Part shown: piece by piece, positions 1 to 11,406 of the stretch
Layout: each line of letters opens with the position of its first letter
Numbering within the stretch: position 1 is the first letter of the stretch
Assembly: GCA_963744735.1 (NCBI GenBank)
Contig: CAVUVH010000006.1
Span: forward strand, 50,688 to 114,687
From: an uncultured Gammaproteobacteria bacterium
GTDB lineage: Bacteria > Pseudomonadota > Gammaproteobacteria > Steroidobacterales > Steroidobacteraceae
Length of the DNA stretch: 64,000 nt
Direction: 5' to 3'
Position numbers and translations under genes: made by a program
The notes under the pieces: model-generated
What the model saw: the letters and a program-made list of their open reading frames with translations, nothing else
Database searches by the model: none
What the model was told of the DNA's origin: nothing

Positions 1-195
1 CACGAACGGCAGGTCGTAGGCGCCCGGCACGCGGATGATCTCGATCTGCTTCTCGCTCGCGCCGTGCCGCAGCAGGGCGTCGACCGCGCCGCGCACGAGC
101 TGGTCGACGATCGCGTCGTTGAAGCGCGAGGCGATGATCGCGATGCGCAGGTCGCGCGCGAGCACGTCGCCCTGGACGGTACGGATGTTGTCCAT
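1..195 (-). CDS. ribH: 6,7-dimethyl-8-ribityllumazine synthase, 5' part only (gene runs off the left edge)
   Basis: Not in the ORF track (edge-truncated). Hand translation of the minus strand from ATG 195-193 gives MDNIRTVQGDVLARDLRIAIIASRFNDAIVDQLVRGAVDALLRHGASEKQIEIIRVPGAYDLPFV, a lumazine synthase N-terminus. GGAGAAAGG Shine-Dalgarno at 208-200. Lies directly downstream of ribBA, as in rib operons. Confidence 0.85.
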   Translation of the reverse strand, partial: MDNIRTVQGDVLARDLRIAIIASRFNDAIVDQLVRGAVDALLRHGASEKQIEIIRVPGAYDLPFV

Positions 196-208
196 GCTGC
201 CTTTCTCC

Positions 209-1309
<1,101 letters not shown>

Positions 1310-1466
1310 GACAAAGAGCACCTAAGGCATTGAATTACAGCGATTTTAACCAGACCCTGGAGGCGCCCGATGCACGCTTGCGGCGCGCAGTTTAGCAGGG
1401 GGCGCGGCCGGGCGCCGGTGCCGCCGGCGTGACCGGTGGCGCCAGGGGTGACGCCAGCGGGGCGTC

Positions 1467-2061
1467 CTAGCCTGGCCGCAGCATCCGCTCGACGTAGCGC
1501 GCGATGATGTCGACCTCGAGGTTGACGCGACTGCCGGGCTGCAGCGTGCCCGAGGGTCGTCACCGCCAGCGTGTGCGGCACCAGGTTGACGTCGAAGCTG
1601 TCGCCGGTCGCGCCGTTGACCGTCAGGCTGACGCCGTCGATGCAGATCGAGCCCTTGCGCGCGACGTAGTGGCCGAGGCCGGCCGGCACCTCGAACTCCA
1701 TGCGCACCGATCGCGCATCGTCGCTGCGCGCGAGGACGCGACCGACGCCGTCGACATGCCCGGTGACGTAATGCCCGCCGAGCGCCTGCCCGGCGAGCAG
1801 CGCCTTCTCCAGGTTGACCCGGGTGCCCTGGCGCCAGTCGCCGAGCGTCGTCAGCGACAGCGTCTCGCGCGACACGTCGGCCGCAAAGCTGCCCGCGTCC
1901 AGGCGCGTGGCCGTCAGGCAGACGCCGCTCACCGCGATGCTGCCGCCGAGTTCGACCCCGGCCAGCGACACATCCCCGGTGTCGAATACGAGCGTGACGT
2001 CGCCGCCGCGCGGCTCGATCGCGCGCACCGTACCAATGCCCTGCACGATCCCGGTAAACAT
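1467..2061 (-). CDS. ribE: riboflavin synthase alpha chain (one frame break in this sequence)
   Basis: ORF 1306..2061(-) starts MFTGIVQGIGTVRAIEPRGGDVTLVF...VNLVPHTLAVTTLG. The orthologue-like tail GTLQPGSRVNLEVDIIARYVERMLRPG-stop (TAG at 1469-1467) is in another frame. The break resolves to one extra C in the CCC run at 1549-1551. Confidence 0.85.
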
Positions 2062-2065
2062 CGGC

Positions 2066-3102
2066 TCAGACCTCCGCGGGCCGCAGCGTCAGGCGCAGGT
2101 CCGGCCCGACCTGGCGCACGTCATGAAAGTGGAAGCGCGGCCGCGCGGCCAGCGTCGCCAGCGGCTGCGGCAAGGTGAAGGCGGGCCGCGACGGTGTCGC
2201 CGAGCACCGTCGGCGCCACGTAGAGGACCAGTTCGTCGGCGAGTCCCGCGGCGAGGAAGCTGCCCGCCAGCCGCGGGCCGGCTTCGACCAGCACTTCGTT
2301 GCATTCGAGCTGCGCCAGGTGCCGCAGCGCCGCGGCCACGTCGATCCGGCCTGCGGCATCGACCGCCACCGCAGCGGCGGTCAGCACCAGCGTCGGCATC
2401 CCGTCGGTCCGCAGCTTCGCCGTTGCGGGCGTCCTGCCCTGCGCATCGAACACCACGCGCAGCGGCACGCGCCCGGCCAGGTCCAGCGTCGGGTCGCGCA
2501 CCGTCAGCGAAGGATCGTCCGCCAGCACCGTGCCGATCCCGGTAATGATCGCCGCGGCGCGTGCGCGCAGGCGCTGCACGTCGGCCCGCGCCGCCGCGGA
2601 CGTGATCCACTGGCTGCTGCCGTCGGCGAGCGCCGTGCGACCGTCGACGCTGCTGCCGAGCTTCAGGGTCACCCACGGGCGACCGCGCGTCATGCGCGAG
2701 AAGAAGCCGCGATTCAGTTCCCGCGCCTGCGCCTCGCACAGGCCGACGGCGGTGTCGATGCCGGCGTCGCGCAGCCGCTGCAGGCCTGCGCCCGCCACGC
2801 GCGGATTGGGATCGGTGGTCGCGACGATGACGCGCGCGATGCCCGCGGCGATCAACGCGTCGGCGCAGGGCGGCGTCCGGCCGTGGTGCGAACACGGTTC
2901 CAGCGTGACGTAGGCCGTGCCGCCGCGGGCAGCGCTGCCGGCCGCGGCCAGCGCCACGGGCTCTGCGTGCGGCTTCGCCGGCACGGCGGTGCCAGCCCTC
3001 GCCGGCGACCTGGCCCGAGGCCGCGACGATCACGCAGCCCACGGCGGGATTCGGCGGCGCCGAATACAGGCCCCGCGCCGCCAGCTGCAGTGCCCGCGCC
3101 AT
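2066..3102 (-). CDS. ribD: bifunctional diaminohydroxyphosphoribosylaminopyrimidine deaminase / 5-amino-6-(5-phosphoribosylamino)uracil reductase (two frame breaks)
   Basis: Three frame segments: [27 protein letters not shown] (frame of ORF 2089..4416), [43 protein letters not shown]...(ORF 2121..2984), and the last 41 codons of ORF 2066..2359 (...[40 protein letters not shown]). Breaks lie near 2975-2985 and 2190-2200. The first in-frame ATG is at 3102. Orthologues usually begin about 10 codons earlier, but no start codon is visible there. Confidence 0.8.
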
Positions 3103-3146
3103 GTGCGCGTGCTCGGCCGCGGTGAAGGCGGTGCCGGCACGCTCGT

Positions 3147-3692
3147 CTACTTCTTGCCCGGCGCCGCCGCAGGCGGCGGCGGGCGCGGTTCGTCGACGCC
3201 GGTCCACAGGCCCAGCTGCAGTTCCTCGACCGAGCGTGGCCGCCGATGACGCAGTTTCTCGATCTCCTCGCGGAACGCATCGACGTCCTGGAAGCTGCGA
3301 TACACCGAGGCGAAGCGCACATAGGCGACCTCGTCGAGCTGGTGCAGCTCGTCCATCACCAGTTCGCCGATCAGCCGCGCCGGCACTTCGCGCTCGCCGA
3401 GCGTGCGCAGCTTGTGGCAGACGTGATTGACCGCGGCATCGACCGCCTCGATCGCCACGGGGCGCTTCTCGAGCGACTTGATCATGCCGGAGCGCAGCTT
3501 GGCCTCGTCGAACGGCTCGCGCGTCGCATCGCTCTTCACGACCCGGGGCATGACCAGCTCGGCGGATTCGAAGGTCGTGAAGCGCTCGCCGCAGCGCAGG
3601 CACTCGCGCCGGCGCCGCACCTGCTGGCCCTCGCCCGACAGGCGCGAGTCGATCACCTTGGTTTCCTCGAACGAGCAGAACGGACAGTACAC
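3147..3692 (-). CDS. nrdR: transcriptional repressor NrdR
   Basis: ORF 3147..3692(-): (GTG)[41 protein letters not shown], i.e. a zinc ribbon followed by an ATP-cone. AGGAGG lies 8 nt upstream. The nrdR-ribD arrangement is classical. Confidence 0.95.
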   Translation of the reverse strand: MYCPFCSFEETKVIDSRLSGEGQQVRRRRECLRCGERFTTFESAELVMPRVVKSDATREPFDEAKLRSGMIKSLEKRPVAIEAVDAAVNHVCHKLRTLGEREVPARLIGELVMDELHQLDEVAYVRFASVYRSFQDVDAFREEIEKLRHRRPRSVEELQLGLWTGVDEPRPPPPAAAPGKK

Positions 3693-3731
3693 CGTGCGGC
3701 CTCCTGCCTGCCCTGCCCGTGCGGCGGCCGC

Positions 3732-4990
3732 TCAGCGGCCGTACACCGGGAAGCGGCGACAGAGCTCCTCGACCGCGGCGCGCGTGCGCGCGATCACCGC
3801 CTCGTCGCTGGCATTCAACAGCACGTCGGAGATCCAGTGCGCCAGCTGCGCTGACCTCGGCTTCCTTGAAACCACGCGTCGTCACGGCCGGCGTGCCGAT
3901 GCGGATGCCGCTGGTCACCATCGGCGGCCGCGGATCGTTCGGCACCGAGTTCTTGTTGACCGTGATGTGCGCACGGCCGAGCGCCGCGTCGGCTTCCTTG
4001 CCCGTGATGGCCTGGTCGGACAGGTCGAGCAGGAACAGGTGGTTGTCGGTGCCGCCGGAGACGATGCGGAGGCCGCGCTGCTGGAACACCTCGACCATCG
4101 CGCGCGCGTTCGCCACGACCTGCTGCTGGTACTGCACGAACTCGGGCTGCATCGCCTCGAGGAAGGCGACGGCCTTGGCGGCAATCACGTGCATCAGCGG
4201 GCCGCCCTGCGTGCCCGGGAAGATCATCGAGTTGAGCTTCTTGGTGATCTCGTCGTTCTCGCGCGCGAGGATCAGGCCACCGCGCGGGCCGCGCAGCGTC
4301 TTGTGCGTGGTGGTCGTGACGACGTCGGCAAACGGCACGGGGTTGGGATAGACGCCCGCGGCCACGAGGCCGGCCACGTGCGCCATGTCGCACGAGGAAA
4401 TACGCGCCGACGGCATCGGCGATCTGGCGGAAGCGCGGGAAGTCGAGGATGCGCGAATACGCCGAGAAGCCGGCGATGATCATCTTGGGCTTGTGCTCGT
4501 GCGCGAGGCGCTCGACCTGGGCGTAGTCGATCTCGCCGGTGGCCGGGTCGAGGCCGTACTGCACGGCATTGAAGATCTTGCCGGAGAAGTTGACCTTGGC
4601 ACCGTGCGTGAGGTGGCCGCCATGGTCGAGGCTCATGCCGAGCAGCGTGTCGCCCGGCTTGATCAGCGCGAGGAACGCGGCGGCGTTGGCCTGCGAGCCG
4701 GAGTGCGGCTGCACGTTGGCGAAAGCGGCGCCGAACAGCTGCTTCGCGCGATCGATCGCCAGCTGCTCGGCGATGTCGACGTATTCACAGCCGCCGTAAT
4801 AGCGCTTGCCGGGATAGCCCTCGGCGTACTTGTTGGTCAGCACCGAACCCTGGGCCTCGAGCACGCGCGGGGTCGCGTAGTTCTCGGAGGCGATCAGCTC
4901 GATGTGGTCTTCCTGGCGGACGCGCTCGTGCGCGAGGGCAGCCTCGAGTTCGGGATCGAACCCGGCGATGGTCATGCTGGCGGGAAACAT
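3732..4990 (-). CDS. glyA: serine hydroxymethyltransferase (two frame breaks)
   Basis: N-terminal part in ORF 3815..5194 from ATG 4990 ([69 protein letters not shown]...). The middle is in the ORF 2089..4416 frame ([38 protein letters not shown]...). The hand-translated tail [38 protein letters not shown] ends at stop TGA 3734-3732. Breaks at about 4389-4392 and about 3848-3851. Confidence 0.9.
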
Positions 4991-5064
4991 GTGCTCTCCA
5001 CGATCGGGGACGCGCAATTGTAGCCGATGTGCGGTCGGGCCTCGGGCGCAGCGTCGCCGGACGT

Positions 5065-5150
5065 CTGCGTCAGGCGCGGCAGGCCGGACGGCCGGGTCGC
5101 GGAGTCGGAAGCACTGCGTCAGGCGCGGCGGGCCGGACGCCGGGTCGCGG
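5065..5150. repeat. two tandem direct copies (38 and 37 nt, period 49) of CTGCGTCAGGCGCGGCRGGCCGGAC(G)GCCGGGTCGCGG
   Basis: Copy 1 at 5065-5102 and copy 2 at 5114-5150 differ by one substitution and one 1-nt indel. They lie in the 582-bp gap upstream of glyA. Confidence 0.85.
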
Positions 5151-5152
5151 CC

Positions 5153-5472
5153 GGGATCGCCGTGAACCCATCCCTGGGGGCTCCGCCGCGCCATCCCTGG
5201 CGCGGACGGTCCCGGCCCGCGACCCGGCCGCCCGACCCACCGCGCCCTGCCACGGTCGTCGCGGCGTCCAGCGGCGGCTCGGCGAGCGTCGGTGACGCAG
5301 CGCTCGATCGCGACACACGGCGGCCCGCGACCTGCGTGGACGACCCGACACTCAACGTTGCAGCAAAGCGCGATGCGACGCCGACGCGTGGGTGGTTCCG
5401 GATCGCTGTTCGGGACCGTCCGCGCCAGGGATGGCGCGGCGGAGCCCCCAGGGATGGGTTCACGGCGATCCC
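5153..5472. repeat. perfect 62-bp inverted repeat pair (5153-5214 and 5411-5472) separated by 196 bp; REP/MITE-like
   Basis: The reverse complement of 5153-5214 (GGGATCGCCGTGAACCCATCCCTGGGGGCTCCGCCGCGCCATCCCTGGCGCGGACGGTCCCG) is identical base for base to 5411-5472. The right copy is additionally bracketed by an 18-bp inverted repeat (5398-5415 and 5469-5486). Confidence 0.9.
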
Positions 5473-5572
5473 GAACAGCGATCCGGAATCAACCGCGCGT
5501 CGGGCGGCGCACCGCGCACCCGCAAGCCTCGCGAAGTGGCAGCCCGCTACGCGGCCGACGGTCGCTGCACCG

Positions 5573-6544
5573 CTACTGGCTCGCGACCAGCGACTCCACC
5601 ACCCGCGTCCAGGCCCGCGCGAGGTTCTGCCGGTTGTACCCGCCGCCGCCCATCGCCAGCACCCGGCCGTGGCCGAGTCTCGTCGGCGATGCGGCACACC
5701 GACGCCGCCGCATGGGCGTGCGCTTCCTCGCTGAAGGCCAGGTGCGTGATCGGGTCGCCTTCGAGGCTGTCGGCGCCGCACTGGAGCAGGATGAACTCGG
5801 GCTGGGTGCGTCGCAGGTAGGCCTCGACGCGCGCCACTGCCGCGTGGAATTCGTCGTCGCCCGCGCCCGGCGGCAGCGGCAGGTTGAGCTTGGTCCCGGC
5901 CGCCTCGCCCTCGCCGGTCTCGTGCTCGTGCCGGTGCCCGGGTACAGGTGACGCCCGTCCTCGTGGATGTCGGCGAACAGCACGTCGGGATCGGACTCGA
6001 ACGCGTAGAAGACCCCGTCGCCGTGGTGCGCGTCGATGTCGACGTAGGCGACGCGGCGCACGCCGTGCCGGCGGCGCAGCTGCTCGATCGCCACGCCGCA
6101 GTCGTTGAACACGCAGAACCCGGCCGCGTGCGTGCGCGACGCATGGTGCAGGCCGCCGATGGGAATGAACCCGCGGCGGGCGCGGCCGTCCATGATTTCC
6201 TCGACGGCCAGCAGCGTGCCGCCCACGACGAAGCTCGCGGCCTCGAAGATGCCCCGCGTCGCCGGCGTGTCGCCCGCGTCGAGGTAGCCGCGGCCTTCGG
6301 CGGACTTCTGCTGCACGAGATCGACGAACTCGGGCCGATGGAAGGTCTCGAGTTCGGCGCGCTCGGCGATGCGCGGCTCGACCTGGCGCAGCTCGGGGTA
6401 GACGGCACTGCGCCGCAGCTCGCGCAGGAAGGCTTCCTGCCGATCGAGGCCGAAAGGGTGCGCGTCGCCGAAGCCGTAGCGCGACAGGCCTTCGCCGGAC
6501 ACCAGCAACACCGGCGGGGACGACACGGGTTCAGACTGCGGCAC
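5573..6544 (-). CDS. histone deacetylase / acetoin utilisation (AcuC)-family deacetylase (two frame breaks)
   Basis: ORF 5573..6544(-) carries ...GGLHHASRTHAAGFCVFNDCGVAIEQL...VAYVDIDAHHGDGVFYAF, matching HDAC-fold motifs. The middle (HEHETGEGEAAGTKLNLPLPPGAGDDEFHAAVARVEAYLRRTQPEFILLQCGADSLEGDPITHL) is in the frame of ORF 5547..5837. The tail returns to the first frame (LGHGRVLAMGGGGYNRQNLARAW). Breaks at about 5930 and about 5680. Confidence 0.75.
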   Translation of the reverse strand: MPQSEPVSSPPVLLVSGEGLSRYGFGDAHPFGLDRQEAFLRELRRSAVYPELRQVEPRIAERAELETFHRPEFVDLVQQKSAEGRGYLDAGDTPATRGIFEAASFVVGGTLLAVEEIMDGRARRGFIPIGGLHHASRTHAAGFCVFNDCGVAIEQLRRRHGVRRVAYVDIDAHHGDGVFYAFESDPDVLFADIHEDGRHLYPGTGTSTRPARARRPGPSSTCRCRRARATTNSTRQWRASRPTCDAPSPSSSCSSAAPTASKATRSRTWPSARKRTPMRRRRCAASPTRLGHGRVLAMGGGGYNRQNLARAWTRVVESLVASQ

Positions 6545-6680
6545 GCGAGGCGAAACCCCGGCAACGGAAAGTGGAGCAGACTAGCAGCACGGCGCTGGCG
6601 GCGGTAGCTTCCGGGGCCGCCGATGACCGATAATTCCCGACCTTTTTCCAGTCCGCACCACGGCCAACGCAGTCCTCCCA

Positions 6681-9883
<3,203 letters not shown>

Positions 9884-9899
9884 GCGGGCGGCGCGCAGC

Positions 9900-10583
9900 A
9901 TGCGGGGCGTCATCGTCCTCTGCGTCGTCTTCGGCCTGCTGGCGCTGCTGGTGGCGTTCAGCCGCTGGCTGGCGCGGCGTCACTGGGCGGCCGCCGGCAA
10001 CGTGCTCATCGCCGTGCTGCTGCTGGCGCTCGCGCATCGGCTGTGGCCGCCGGTGCTGCACCTGCAGTCGTACCAGAAGATGCCCGCCGCCGCGGCCATC
10101 GCCCAGGTCCAGAGCGAGCGCACCGGGCCGCGAACCTATCGCGTGACCCTGACGCGACTGCCGGCCGGGGAGATGCAGGTGTTCGAGATGGCGGCCGAGG
10201 AGTGGCGCCTGGATGTCCGCACCCTGGTCTGGACCGGGCGCGCCGCAGGCCTCGGCCTGCCGCCGAGCTTCCGGCTGGAGCGCCTGAGCGGCCGCTTCGT
10301 CCGCACAGAATCCGCGGATGCGGCATCGGCCGAGACCCCTGCCGGACTGCCTGCCAGCTTCCCGCTCAGCGACCCCGACGAGGCGGGCGAGGACATCTGG
10401 GCGCAGGCCCGGACCGGCGCCCGCTGGCAGGCCCATGTCGATGCCCGCCACGCCTATGGTCCCTGGCGGCCGCTGGCCGACGGCGCCCGCTTCGAGGTGC
10501 GCCTGATCCGCCCCGCCGGCAGCGCCGAGGCCGTGCTGGAGGCGGTGCCGGCCAATGAAGCGGCCACCAGGGCGATGCGCTAG
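9900..10583 (+). CDS. hypothetical membrane protein (two predicted N-terminal TM helices)
   Basis: ORF 9900..10583(+) begins MRGVIVLCVVFGLLALLVAFSRWL...NVLIAVLLLALAHRLW, followed by a soluble domain. G/C-rich third codon positions match the host coding pattern. No family recognised. Confidence 0.55.
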   Translation: MRGVIVLCVVFGLLALLVAFSRWLARRHWAAAGNVLIAVLLLALAHRLWPPVLHLQSYQKMPAAAAIAQVQSERTGPRTYRVTLTRLPAGEMQVFEMAAEEWRLDVRTLVWTGRAAGLGLPPSFRLERLSGRFVRTESADAASAETPAGLPASFPLSDPDEAGEDIWAQARTGARWQAHVDARHAYGPWRPLADGARFEVRLIRPAGSAEAVLEAVPANEAATRAMR

Positions 10584-10623
10584 ACTCGCCCCGTCAACGT
10601 TCGATCCCAAGGCTGACGACACC

Positions 10624-11340
10624 ATGTCCGTCTACGTCGATTCGAACAGCCAGCTGCACCACGACCAGGAGCGCAGCCTGGCGCTGCCCTGCCCGCACTG
10701 CCAGGTGCATTCGCACATCACGGCCGTGTCGGTGCCCCGCTACGCCGAACTCGTGGCCAGCCGTCCGAACCACGTCGGCATCGTCTACCGCTGCGATTCG
10801 TGCAGCGCACCGATCTTCCTCAAGTTCGCGGTCAAGATGTACGCGGCCAACCGCGTCGAGCTCGCGAACAACTTCGTCGAACTCGAGCGGGCGCGGGAGA
10901 AGTTCAACTTCACCTACCTGCCGGACACCGTCGAGCGGCTGTTCCGCGAGGCGCTCGGCTGCTATTCCAGCGGCTGCTTCAACGCGTTTGCGTCGATGTG
11001 CCGCCGCACCTCGCAGGCCGTGTTCCAGGACCTGGGCGAGAACGGCCGCCTGCGCATCTTCGAGCAGGTGCGCGAGGCGCGCGAGATGGCCGAGATCGAC
11101 AACGAGACCTTCGGCAGCGTGAAGAAGGTGATGTTCGGCAACGACGCCGACCCGTCGCCACAGTGGCCCGAGCTGAGCGCGAGCGAGGCCGGCGTGCTGC
11201 TCGAACTGATGAAGGACATGCTGTACGAGGCCTACGTGCGCAAGGGCAAGCTGCAGCAGGCGATGCTGGTGCGGCGGTTCTTCGCCGAAGAGACGCTCGA
11301 CAAGATCACGCCGATCGGACGAGCTGCCAGAAGTGAATAG
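10624..11340 (+). CDS. zinc-ribbon (CPHC...CDSC) plus DUF4145-like domain protein
   Basis: In the frame of ORF 10555..11340; the ATG at 10624 is preferred because 10555 would overlap the upstream gene. The N-terminus is MSVYVDSNSQLHHDQERSLALPCPHCQVH...VYRCDSCSAPIFLKF. The C-part ERLFREALGCYSSGCFNAFASMCRRTSQAVFQDLGE...VKKVMFGNDADPS...EAGVLLELMKDMLYEAYV resembles the DUF4145 consensus as I remember it. Confidence 0.55.
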   Translation: MSVYVDSNSQLHHDQERSLALPCPHCQVHSHITAVSVPRYAELVASRPNHVGIVYRCDSCSAPIFLKFAVKMYAANRVELANNFVELERAREKFNFTYLPDTVERLFREALGCYSSGCFNAFASMCRRTSQAVFQDLGENGRLRIFEQVREAREMAEIDNETFGSVKKVMFGNDADPSPQWPELSASEAGVLLELMKDMLYEAYVRKGKLQQAMLVRRFFAEETLDKITPIGRAARSE

Positions 11341-11404
11341 GGGCTAGGGGATAGTCGGATGTGCGCACCTCCGACTATCCCCTAGCCCCTGGTCCCTAGC
11401 CCCC
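11339..11404. repeat. CTAGGGG-heptamer palindromic element; probable bidirectional terminator between the DUF4145-like gene and purL
   Basis: A perfect 21-bp stem (11339-11359 pairs with 11370-11390) encloses a loop containing the GTGCGCAC palindrome. It is followed by an extra CCCTAGCCCCC half-unit. The stop codon of the upstream gene (11338-11340) lies inside the element. Confidence 0.75.
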
Positions 11405-11406
11405 TC

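Noticed and set aside
1322-1466. Possible FMN (RFN) riboswitch in the 145-nt gap between ribE and ribBA.
   Set aside because: I could not find the conserved RFN cores by eye on the minus strand (the GGGGCAGGGUGAAAUUCCC...CCGGCGGUA part and the GGAUGGGAGA-type 3' part). The gap is also short for the element. A covariance-model scan (Rfam RF00050) would be decisive.
4991-5150. Possible riboswitch or leader (e.g. ZTP/pfl or glycine-type) upstream of glyA.
   Set aside because: The region is dominated by the tandem and inverted repeats. No ZTP pseudoknot consensus (…CCGGGCGGA … CCGCCUGGGCA-like) was recognisable. A TACAAT box at about 5019-5024 (minus strand) lacks a convincing -35.
5065-5150. 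Direct repeats that might hint at a CRISPR array.
   Set aside because: There are only two copies with an 11-nt spacer, they are not identical, no further units exist, and no cas genes are in the window.
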